Shown: positions 10,044-19,334 of the stretch, piece after piece
How positions within the stretch are numbered: the stretch's first letter is position 1
Layout: the number at the start of each line of letters is the position of its first letter
Virus record (IMG/VR): IMGVR_UViG_2531839014_000003
Span: 1-64,000 of that record
Length of the DNA stretch: 64,000 nucleotides
Reading direction: 5' to 3' (one strand)
Source of the DNA: a virus
Taxonomy: Duplodnaviria > Caudoviricetes
Position numbers and translations under genes: made by a program
The notes under the pieces: model-generated
The model's database searches: none
The model's input: the letters and a program-made list of their open reading frames with translations, nothing else
What the model was told of the DNA's origin: nothing

Positions 10044-10044
10044 A

Positions 10045-11047
10045 TCAATCGTCTTCCTTGCCGGAAAGCGCAGGGAACAACTCTGCCAGCTTATCTTTCA
10101 AAGTACCATTTTTCGCATATTCCAGTGTATCGCATAATCTGATATTATGTCTTTCAATTGCTGTCTCATTACTAAATCCTAGGATATATGCCAGACAAAT
10201 CCGGTAAATGATTTCTGTAGGTGCACAGCCATATACCTGTTTCGCAAAGATATGATTGAGTCTTTGTGCTTCATCGGGATAAAGCTGCTTCATATGCTCG
10301 CTCTGGTAAAGCCGTGTTACGATTTCCGTAATATACATTCCGGATTTCATATACAAATCGGCAAATGTCTTGTCCGGGTCATCAAAGCAGCCTGGATTTT
10401 CCTGCTCCAGACGGTTTACCATATCCTTTACTACCCATTTGGGGGTAAATATCTGGTTTGTCTTCTGCGGAGGGATATAATCGAAAATATCTTCCAGGTT
10501 TTTCTCATCAAAATAATCAGCCAGGGCAACCTTTTTTGCAAGAAACTCCCTGATAGAATCATTAAAGACCACCGGATCGAATAAATGCCCGTAATAATCT
10601 TCCATCATTCCGGTTTCCGGATTCAGAACCTGTCCGCCATCCCGAAGGAGCCGGAATTGTTTCAGGGAAATACTGGTTACTTCCTGGAAAACCACATCCG
10701 GAATAATCTGATCAAATGTTTCCAGTGTGGTAGTTTCATCCCCGTAAGCCATGAGGAAGGAAGGGATTGTTCTTGAAAATCCGCGAAGATGATCCTTGAT
10801 TCCATCTTCGATGGTTCTCTTTTTCTGTTCCCTCTTTTCTGTTTCTACAGTTTCCACAACTGTCTGTCCTGCCGTATCAATAAAATCCGTTACAGATTCT
10901 TTGATTGTCTGCTGCAGTGTTTCAACTGCCTGTTTCTTTTGTTCCTCAATATGCTGATTAACTGCCTGCATTTCCTCCCTGGTCTTTGCATCCGCCAATT
11001 TTTCTTCTCTTTCTTTTTCAAGAATTCGCTGCTGAATCTGAAAATCT
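10045..11047 (-). pseudogene. 3' fragment of a large restriction-modification/helicase fusion gene
   Basis: DHLRGFSRTIPSFLMAYG, DIFDYIPPQKTNQIFTP, DLYMKSG; frame is open to about 11047 without a credible start; higher GC. Confidence 0.7.
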
Positions 11048-11186
11048 CCTAAAATTCGGTAGAAACTCCTATTTATACTGTTTTGTTAGATTAATGAGCA
11101 AAGTTGTCCAATATATATTATAAAATTATTTTGTTTTATCGAACCTCTTATCCACTATTAAATTATTATATCCAATCTAAAATTAT

Positions 11187-13136
11187 TTATTTAGATAAAA
11201 TTTTCAATAATTCTTCCTCATTTATAATTGGAATTCCTAATAACTTTGCTTTTTGGTTTTTACTGGATGTGCTCTTCAAATCATTGTTCACAAGATATGT
11301 TGTCTTTGCTGACACTGAACCTGATACCTTTCCACCCAAAGATTCTATTCTCTCTTTTGCTTCATCGCGATTAGAAAAATGTAAAAGCGAACCTGTAATA
11401 ACAAAAGTCTTACCAGATAAATCTACTAAGTTTGAACTTCGCAATGGAATTTTAAACCTGAATTCTTTAGCCAGTTTATATACATCGTTTTTATTCGTAT
11501 TCCACCATGTTATTAAAGATTTATTCATCTCTTTACCGAATCCTTCAAGACCTACAAAGGCATATTCGGCTTCTGAGTCTACTATTAGCCTAAATGAGTC
11601 CAAAGAATAATTGCTCGCTTTAGCTATATCCTTGCTTGTACTTTTACCAATTAGCGGAATAGATAATGCATATAAGAATCTATCCAGTGTTATATTTCTG
11701 CTTTTTTCAATTGCTTCCAAAAGATTATCTGTTGAACGTTCACCAAAACCATTAAGAATTGAAATCCTATCTGCATAATCTTTAAGATGATAAATATCCT
11801 GTATAGATGTTAACCAACCAAGATTAACGAATTTCTCAAGCGTTGCTTCTGATAATCCATCAATATTAAGAGCATTCCTGGATACAGCATGGACAAGTTT
11901 GCCTAGCAACTTTGCCTGACAACTGTTATTACAGCAATGTAGTGTTTTACTACCGTTTTCATTGTGTACCGCTACAATTCCTCCACAAGTAGGGCATTTT
12001 TCTGGAAGTTTCCAGGTATTACTTTTTGTAAGATTGATATGAACTTTTGGGATTACCATATTGGCCCGATAGACCTGAATTGTATCTCCGACGCCTAACT
12101 GAAGATCTTCGATATAAGAGATATTATGTAACGTAGCTTTTGTCGTAATAGCTCCGCCTAAGTCAACTGGTTCAAATATTGCTACAGGGTTTATTAGCCC
12201 CGTTCTTGATGTTTGCCATTCAATGTTGGTTAGCGTAGTCTCATATAAATCATCAGCCCATTTTAATGCAATCCGGCAGCACTCATGGTGAGAGGTTTTT
12301 CCCAACGATTCAGACAAGCTCTTACTATTTAGTTCAAAGATAATTCCATCTACAGGATATTTGTAATCAGTAGGACTCAGATATTTAATACATTCCTCCA
12401 CTGAGCGCCAGTACCTATCTACTGTCTCAAATCCTAAATAATCTAGGTAGGCCAAATCATCCCATTTGGAATCCTTATCTTCATACTTGTCAGTTTGGTT
12501 AAGTTTAGTTACTGATTCAAACACTACAAATGATAGTTTTCTATCTCTTACAATGTTCATGTCTAAATTTCGCAATGTACCAGCTGCCAGATTTCTTGGA
12601 TGACTATAAGGTTCATCTAATTCAGAATTAATTCTTTCAAATTCTTCCCAAGAGATGACGCACTCTCCTCTTAACTCCAAATATCCTTTGTAGGAAATTT
12701 TCATAGGAAGATTTGAAACATACTTACATGCCTCTGTGACATCCTCTCCAAAAATGCCATCACCTCTTGTAATTCCCTGTATAAATTCACCGTTGTTAAA
12801 TCGTACAACTGTAGTCAATCCATCAAGCTTAAAAGAGCCGTAGAAATCATTTGTCCCAATGATCCTCTTAATTTCATCGATAGATTTAGTTTTATCTGCA
12901 CTTAACATAGGTTTACTATGTTTTACTTTCTTCAATCCATCAATAACATAACCCTGTACTTTTTTAGTTGGTGACAAAGCCAACACAAAACCTGTCTCTT
13001 TCTCAAGTGATTCAAGTTCATCATATAAATCATCATACTGTTTATCACTCATAATTGGACTATCTTCTTTATAGTACGCAACGGATGCAGCATGAAGTAT
13101 TTTTGTTAATTCTTTGATTCTGTGTATTTTGTTCAA
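11187..13136 (-). CDS. ligA: NAD-dependent DNA ligase
   Basis: KLDG adenylation motif, TRGDG, OB fold, zinc finger, HhH, BRCT (FVITG..GGKVSGSVS). Confidence 0.96.
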   Translation of the reverse strand: MNKIHRIKELTKILHAASVAYYKEDSPIMSDKQYDDLYDELESLEKETGFVLALSPTKKVQGYVIDGLKKVKHSKPMLSADKTKSIDEIKRIIGTNDFYGSFKLDGLTTVVRFNNGEFIQGITRGDGIFGEDVTEACKYVSNLPMKISYKGYLELRGECVISWEEFERINSELDEPYSHPRNLAAGTLRNLDMNIVRDRKLSFVVFESVTKLNQTDKYEDKDSKWDDLAYLDYLGFETVDRYWRSVEECIKYLSPTDYKYPVDGIIFELNSKSLSESLGKTSHHECCRIALKWADDLYETTLTNIEWQTSRTGLINPVAIFEPVDLGGAITTKATLHNISYIEDLQLGVGDTIQVYRANMVIPKVHINLTKSNTWKLPEKCPTCGGIVAVHNENGSKTLHCCNNSCQAKLLGKLVHAVSRNALNIDGLSEATLEKFVNLGWLTSIQDIYHLKDYADRISILNGFGERSTDNLLEAIEKSRNITLDRFLYALSIPLIGKSTSKDIAKASNYSLDSFRLIVDSEAEYAFVGLEGFGKEMNKSLITWWNTNKNDVYKLAKEFRFKIPLRSSNLVDLSGKTFVITGSLLHFSNRDEAKERIESLGGKVSGSVSAKTTYLVNNDLKSTSSKNQKAKLLGIPIINEEELLKILSK

Positions 13137-13146
13137 TCATACCCTC

Positions 13147-13341
13147 CTACTCTTTCTCACAATATCTCTTGGCTAACTCTATTACCTGGTAATTCTCTTT
13201 TGACCGTAAAAAATCATCAAACATAATATTGATTTTCTCCTCAGCAGATAATTCCAAAATCATTTTTTCTCTGGCGGCATTAGCTTCTTGCGTTTTATCA
13301 TACCTACCATAATACTTTTCCCATTCATCTTCGTAATGCAA
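13147..13341 (-). CDS. Hypothetical protein
   Basis: AGGAGG SD, 64 aa. Confidence 0.5.
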   Translation of the reverse strand: MHYEDEWEKYYGRYDKTQEANAAREKMILELSAEEKINIMFDDFLRSKENYQVIELAKRYCEKE

Positions 13342-13385
13342 CTATTAAACCTCCTAAAAATGTGTTATAATATCCTCATCAATGT

Positions 13386-13721
13386 ATGAGGAGTGGTATA
13401 GATATGGATTCTAGCTTTAAGTTTGGTATTGACGTAAAAATATGGTGCTCACTATGTATTTTAGCTAACCTGTGCTCTATTTTTCTTTCCCAACATTCTG
13501 TGATCGGAATACTAACAACAATACTTTTTATCCTACTTTTAATTACCAAAAGAAAAATAACTTTTTATCTATTGAGCATCATGTACATAGTTCTACCACT
13601 GCTCACTGGAATCATAGTAAGATATCCGATTCCATTATTAATTGTATCGTTAATCAAAGATTCGATTACTCCTGCAATAACTTTTATCATTTTGAAAAAG
13701 TATTGGCGCTACATGAGATAA
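13386..13721 (+). CDS. Small multi-pass membrane protein, moron-like
   Basis: Hydrophobic helices; extended -10 TGTTATAAT upstream; terminator downstream; opposite strand to neighbours. Confidence 0.6.
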   Translation: MRSGIDMDSSFKFGIDVKIWCSLCILANLCSIFLSQHSVIGILTTILFILLLITKRKITFYLLSIMYIVLPLLTGIIVRYPIPLLIVSLIKDSITPAITFIILKKYWRYMR

Positions 13722-13734
13722 ATCGTCAATCGTC

Positions 13735-13767
13735 ATACCTGACTGAGTTTAAGTCAGGTATTTTTTT
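13735..13767 (+). terminator. Intrinsic terminator
   Basis: ATACCTGACT-loop-AGTCAGGTAT followed by T run. Confidence 0.8.
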
Positions 13768-13846
13768 ACGTCTAATCAATATATCGAACATATTTGTTCG
13801 TATAATCTTGTGGTATGCTAATACCAGAGTGGCAGAAAGGACCTTT

Positions 13847-14044
13847 ATGATCAATCAAGATCCAAAAGTAATAAACCTATTCAAAATGCAATCCAATAGA
13901 ACCATTCCATCTATCAAACTCGAAGGAACTTATCTTTATGAAACAAACTTTTTCCCTGGGAGATTATTAGCGGCTGAAGTCTATGAAGACCAGATTATTA
14001 TAAGACCTGTCTTTGAAAATGAACCTATGAGATTTAAAATATAA
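13847..14044 (+). CDS. SymE-family toxin-like protein
   Basis: IPSIKLEGTYL...F.PG......VYEDQIIIRP resembles SymE; GAAAGGA SD. Confidence 0.6.
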   Translation: MINQDPKVINLFKMQSNRTIPSIKLEGTYLYETNFFPGRLLAAEVYEDQIIIRPVFENEPMRFKI

Positions 14045-14082
14045 AAATACTATGTGCCACTCTAATGCCAAAAAATACTCGT

Positions 14083-14349
14083 TTAATATCTTGTAACTTC
14101 AAATACTCTATCTTTATCTTTTTTTAATTCCTCATTAGCTTCTAAAAAAGCTTCTTTGATTTTATTCTTTGTATCCTTATTTGCATCAAATAATATCATT
14201 GCAAATCCAGTACAATAACCGATAACCGTAATAATATCGCACACCCATTCAGTTACTGTCATTGGACGAATGTTGAACATTTTTCCATCAGGATGCCATA
14301 CCAGTAAGCTACTTACTAAGTTAAACATTAACGCGGTTCCAATAACCAC
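14083..14349 (-). CDS. Hypothetical membrane protein
   Basis: Two hydrophobic segments. Confidence 0.45.
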   Translation of the reverse strand: MVIGTALMFNLVSSLLVWHPDGKMFNIRPMTVTEWVCDIITVIGYCTGFAMILFDANKDTKNKIKEAFLEANEELKKDKDRVFEVTRY

Positions 14350-14429
14350 AACACATCTATATTTTTTTAGAACTTATTTTATCATTCTCTTTTTCCTTTC
14401 TGATGACTTAAAACCACTGTTTCTTCCGC

Positions 14430-15047
14430 TTATTCAACAATCAATTTATAGTGATATTCACTGCAACAGCGATTATATCCATCTCGTTTAACTTCATTTA
14501 CCATGGGGAATGTTAAATCTACACAGCGTATTAATTCTGTCAATTTCTTATTCCCTTTTAAAACATCAATATTATATGTTCCACGATATGTATTTATATT
14601 CAATATATTCTCTTTTATTTTATTATCTGGCCATTCCGCATTAACGTAAACAAAACAATGCCCTTCCGATATGTCATCGTGAGATCTGTAATAATCCTTC
14701 AATGTTACTTTTCGTTTTCCTAGGTAGATGTAAATTTGCCCATTATTGCACTCATAAATTCCACCCACTTGTAATTTACTCAATGGAATAGTAACCATCA
14801 ATTCTTTTTCTTTGCGCTTACTTTCTATTTCTAGTAATGATTTTTCAATCTCTTCTTTAATATCCAATTCTTCCTCGGAAGGATTGGCGACCAGAAATAC
14901 GTCACCCATAGAGCGTTTACCGCCACCTCTAAAGGCAATGGATTTACCGCTCCATACACCAACATCCATACCTACAACATATCTTCCAGTACCCTTACCT
15001 ACACAAATATCACCATCATGTAATTCTCTGCCTAATATGTCTTTGAT
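14430..15047 (-). CDS. Hypothetical protein with probable ATC start
   Basis: Frame open upstream of 14969 to ATC at 15047 behind AAAGGAG. Confidence 0.55.
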   Translation of the reverse strand: MKDILGRELHDGDICVGKGTGRYVVGMDVGVWSGKSIAFRGGGKRSMGDVFLVANPSEEELDIKEEIEKSLLEIESKRKEKELMVTIPLSKLQVGGIYECNNGQIYIYLGKRKVTLKDYYRSHDDISEGHCFVYVNAEWPDNKIKENILNINTYRGTYNIDVLKGNKKLTELIRCVDLTFPMVNEVKRDGYNRCCSEYHYKLIVE

Positions 15048-15110
15048 AAAATCTCACACTCCTTTACTAAAACACTTTATCCTGACATGAAGCTACTCTT
15101 TCATTGTGTT

Positions 15111-15395
15111 TTACCACAACTTATTATGTAGCCCCTTATTAATAACAGTTTCTTTCAGTCTGTAATATCGTGGGTTGTCTTTCTCAAGATGCTCTAAAAC
15201 TGTGTCCATGCAATGTTTGAGTTTTTTCTGGTTAGTGAACATATCTGATGTCTCAATTGAATAACTAATGCCTTTAATGGAAAGACATCTATAAATTCTA
15301 AAATACCAGTGATATTTACCAAACTCATCTTCACAGTCTTTTTCAAAATCATATATCTTTTTCTTATAAAATATTTTTGCCATACATACCTCCAC
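15111..15395 (-). CDS. Hypothetical protein
   Basis: ORF with SD between two junction sites. Confidence 0.5.
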   Translation of the reverse strand: MEVCMAKIFYKKKIYDFEKDCEDEFGKYHWYFRIYRCLSIKGISYSIETSDMFTNQKKLKHCMDTVLEHLEKDNPRYYRLKETVINKGLHNKLW

Positions 15396-15424
15396 CTATT
15401 TTTTAATCGGGATAAAAGAAAGGT

Positions 15425-15767
15425 TTACTCTGCTTTCTTCATCCTATCATAATGTTCTCTCAATGAATCCGTCATAGTGGCTGCAACAATATTTGTCCCA
15501 AGATATGCTTTTAATGCATCACCAATAATCACGCTTGCTTCATCCAATAGTACATTATCAGGAAGTCTTCTCCCCCCTTACTGAATCACTTTTGAAATCT
15601 TCTATACATAACGGCTCCGGAATTAAACATCCCATATCTCTCGCCATATTTTTTATGTAGTTAATCGATATTCTATTAAACGTAACAATAGGATATTGTG
15701 TCGCCTCGCTCGTATAAATAAGCCCTGTTGTTTTTCCACTTGCTCTATCTTTAATTAGTAAATTCAA
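15425..15767 (-). pseudogene. Small P-loop-like protein frameshifted in a G6 tract
   Basis: RASGKTT in the first frame; VLLDE in the second frame after CCCCCC at 15572-15577. Confidence 0.55.
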
Positions 15768-16311
15768 TATCTGTCCTCCTCATTTTCACCATTATATATT
15801 TCTTTACAAGTTTCAATCATCTTACAACCACCATTAAATTTTTTGCAAATATAGTCATCATTATAATTACATATAAAACACGCAGCATGGTCATTACTTT
15901 CATTATATTTCTTTGAAATCGTTTTACACTTTTGAAAGAAAGGCTTTAATTCAATCTGCAATTCATCACATCTTTTGCGAATAAAAGACATATTGAGTAT
16001 CTTTCGGCACTGCCTATTCCACTCATCAAATTTTTCTACAGTAATAGTCATTAAGTCCTCCACAATTTTACAATACGGGTATTGTTCATCGAGCATGATA
16101 ATTTCACCCATACCTTCCGATACCAAGGCAGCTTTACACCAGTAATAAATTCTATATATCTATCTGGGTTACGCTGCCAATATTGGATTTGTTCTGACAT
16201 TTTTGCAATTTGTTCCTGTGCTCTTTGAGACCGTTTGATTTCTGATGCATCACCAATACTCTCTATTTGGGAGCCATTTTTAAATTTAATCTTCATATAC
16301 ACCTCGGAATC

Positions 16312-16770
16312 TTAGCAAGGCGTATCTGTCTTTTTAAACAGTTCAATCTTTAGAGTAGTATCATCCCACGCAGCGACTTTGATAACATAATAAATCCACG
16401 TGTTATGCCATTCGTGAATCACAATACAACTGTCACACGATGCCAACTCTTCAATATTTCTCCTATTAAATGTTCCATTTTTCTTTCTTGGAAAAGTAGA
16501 TATTATTTTCTTCAAGGCATCTTCTGTGACATGTGATAGAAAGGCATTCATAAATTTGTCTATATTAGCATCAAACTCTTCCTTACTTACATATTTAAAA
16601 TCCGATTCACCAAATTCCGGACTGGTTCCATACCATACATATTGTTCGTCTTCATAATCATTTCTCATATTTTCTATGTAGCTTTTGATTCCGTCTATAT
16701 CTACAGAAATCTTTAAATTTCGCTTACCTTCCGAGATAACTACTTCCATTTTTATTAATCTCCTTTTCAA
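16312..16770 (-). CDS. Hypothetical protein
   Basis: 152-aa ORF; SD-supported ATG a few codons in. Confidence 0.55.
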   Translation of the reverse strand: MKRRLIKMEVVISEGKRNLKISVDIDGIKSYIENMRNDYEDEQYVWYGTSPEFGESDFKYVSKEEFDANIDKFMNAFLSHVTEDALKKIISTFPRKKNGTFNRRNIEELASCDSCIVIHEWHNTWIYYVIKVAAWDDTTLKIELFKKTDTPC

Positions 16771-17006
16771 ATTTAAGCAGGAAACATACGTTTCATTTGT
16801 TTTCTACATTTTTCAGCACATGAAATGTTTTCCACCCTGTATCTAATTTGTCATCATCTACTACCACAAACCCTTTGTTTTCAAGGGTTTCAATAACCTC
16901 TTTTGTTGATTTATCCGAATATCCCTTAATTTCCGCAAATTTCTCTAATTTTGTCATTTTTACCTTTTTTCTGCCCCGATGAAAGTCCTATTTCATTGCC
17001 ATTTTA

Positions 17007-17054
17007 TGTCTATATATAGTGGTTTTATTTTTAATTTACCGCTATATATAGACT
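17007..17054. promoter_or_regulatory. Tandem NrdR boxes
   Basis: CTATATATAG at 17010 and 17042, 32 bp apart. Confidence 0.7.
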
Positions 17055-17063
17055 ATTTTTCTG

Positions 17064-19319
17064 CTAAAATACCAATTTGGGATGCGCTGTATCATATAGA
17101 CACTGCTGCAGATGAGTTTGTTTCTTACTCACCCCCTCTTTACTAATTGCCATTCTCAATGCACCAATCTGTGCAACCATATCACACATTCTCTTTGCTC
17201 TTGTAATTCCTGTATATAATAATTCTCTTGTTAATAGTGAATACGAACCAAAATCAATACCAAATATGACATGATCAAATTGAGATCCTTGTGACTTATG
17301 AACAGTGATTGCATATCCAAGTTCAATACTGTTTACCAGAGTTCCCTCAACATATACTTCTCCAATTCCCATAAATGAAATAATCAATGCTTTATCTTCC
17401 GGAAAAACATCTTTGATAATGCCTAAATTACCATTGAAAATTGGTGGATTAGTTTTGTATGTGTTCTGTGTATTAATTACCTTGTCCCCTTGACGAAGAA
17501 TGGTAACTTTTCCTTGTGATACTACCTCAATCTGTGGTTTACTATCATCACTTGGATTATATAAATCCTGAATAGTATTATTGATATTGTAGGTACAAGC
17601 ATCACCATTATTCTTTACTGGCACTAATATCTGAGTCTCCATTATATTGAAATCTTCTATATTCATTGCTTCTGAAAATTTCTGCATAACCTTGTAAAAT
17701 GTATTGCTTTTATCTGAATAACAATCCAAAGACAAATCTTTTAATTCTCCACGAATATCTGTACCAACCCAATCCTTTTCTACAATCTGTATTCCTTGTC
17801 TGATCCGTCTTGCTTCTGTAACAATTGCTGAAGAAGCTGCTTGTCTATGTACTTGGCTAAGATATACTGTTGGGATTTCAGGCGAATGAATCATATCAAA
17901 TGCAATATTTCCACAACCAATAGACTCTAACTGTCCCATATCACCCAAACAAATCAACTTAGCTCCTGATGGAATTGCTCTAAGCAGATAATAAAACAGA
18001 TAAGCATCGACCATTGAAATCTCATCAACAATCACAATATCTACATCTAATGGGTTTTCGTCATGATAAGTAAAACCGTTCTTACCACCTTCGCCTTGAC
18101 ATGGATACTTTAGTAACCTGTGAATGGTATAACCTTCTTCTCCTGTAATCTCTGCCATTCTTGAACTCGCTCTACCAGATAATGCACATTGTACATATAC
18201 ATAATTCTTTAATGCTTCAAGAAAAGCTGATACAGATGAACTTTTACCGGTTCCTGCTTCTCCATGAATAACCACCACATTATTTTCAAGTGCTTCTTTT
18301 ACACCCAATTTCTGTTCTTCTGTAAATTGCCAACCATTCTTATGTTCAACATGCTTAATTGTATCTTCCCAATCTCCATAAGTAATTTCTGATTTTGCAT
18401 CTCGGATTCTGATTAGTTCTTTTGCAATTTTATCTTCTACATTAAAATACTTTCTAAGTCCAATTTGTGTTTTTTCGTCATTCCACCATAAATCTTCTTC
18501 CATTGCATGAATTGCTTCCGTAATATTGGCATCAGGGACTTCCTCACCTAACATTTCGATAATTGCACCCATTAATTCATCTGGTGTAACCCATGAACAA
18601 CCATTTTGTCCTGAATCGTCCAAATATTTATACATATAAGCACTAATACGCTCTATGCTATATTCTCCCATACCCCCTTCAAGAGCAATTTTATCAGCCG
18701 TTTTCCAACCAATACCTTTCACTTCATTACACAAAACATATGGATTATTTTTAACTTTTTCTATCACAAGATCGGGAGAATTATATTTTTCCATCAATCT
18801 TTGCACCATATTATTTGTCAAATTAAACTCTTCTAATTCGGAAAAAATCTTTGCCAAATGAATATTACGATTAAATCTGTCTATCCACCTTGCAGCCGTA
18901 TCTAGTCCACAACCTCTGACTTGAACCAAATCCTCTGCTCTATTATTCTTCAAAGACTCAAAAGGATTATCTAAAGCAGCATACATATTCTCAATCTGTA
19001 ATGGTGTAAACAAAGTGGACAAAAACTTTTTCTGTCCCACTTTGTCTTCATCACTAAAAGTAATGGCACTATAGATTGAAATAATATTATACTGACCTCC
19101 CCATTTGGGATCTTCTACATAATCAGCTACCAACATATAAGGATTACCCTCAACTAATTGAGGCATTGTTCCCTTAATAATTATCTGATTGTACTTATCT
19201 GTTTTAGGTTTTCCTTCTTTTACTTTATCTACAGAAACAACAGCAATACCAAATTCATTTTTGTAAAACCTGATTGTTTCTACGCTACAAATAACTTTAA
19301 TTCTATCTTCCAGTGCCAT
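17064..19319 (-). CDS. recD2: RecD2-like SF1 helicase
   Basis: HhH region, GEAGTGKS, IVDEISM, YAITVHKSQGS, LLYTGITRAK. Confidence 0.92.
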   Translation of the reverse strand: MALEDRIKVICSVETIRFYKNEFGIAVVSVDKVKEGKPKTDKYNQIIIKGTMPQLVEGNPYMLVADYVEDPKWGGQYNIISIYSAITFSDEDKVGQKKFLSTLFTPLQIENMYAALDNPFESLKNNRAEDLVQVRGCGLDTAARWIDRFNRNIHLAKIFSELEEFNLTNNMVQRLMEKYNSPDLVIEKVKNNPYVLCNEVKGIGWKTADKIALEGGMGEYSIERISAYMYKYLDDSGQNGCSWVTPDELMGAIIEMLGEEVPDANITEAIHAMEEDLWWNDEKTQIGLRKYFNVEDKIAKELIRIRDAKSEITYGDWEDTIKHVEHKNGWQFTEEQKLGVKEALENNVVVIHGEAGTGKSSSVSAFLEALKNYVYVQCALSGRASSRMAEITGEEGYTIHRLLKYPCQGEGGKNGFTYHDENPLDVDIVIVDEISMVDAYLFYYLLRAIPSGAKLICLGDMGQLESIGCGNIAFDMIHSPEIPTVYLSQVHRQAASSAIVTEARRIRQGIQIVEKDWVGTDIRGELKDLSLDCYSDKSNTFYKVMQKFSEAMNIEDFNIMETQILVPVKNNGDACTYNINNTIQDLYNPSDDSKPQIEVVSQGKVTILRQGDKVINTQNTYKTNPPIFNGNLGIIKDVFPEDKALIISFMGIGEVYVEGTLVNSIELGYAITVHKSQGSQFDHVIFGIDFGSYSLLTRELLYTGITRAKRMCDMVAQIGALRMAISKEGVSKKQTHLQQCLYDTAHPKLVF

Positions 19320-19334
19320 TATTCCTCTCTTTCT

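Larger units (their letters stand above)
9449..11186. mobile_element. Relic insertion bounded by inverted arrays of a TCCAATATAAAATTAT-like motif
   Basis: Three copies on minus strand at 9449-9572 and three on plus strand at 11104-11186; contains only broken genes. Confidence 0.5.

Noticed and set aside
11148-11156. DnaA box TTATCCACT as part of an origin
   Set aside because: Single imperfect match that is part of the end-motif array
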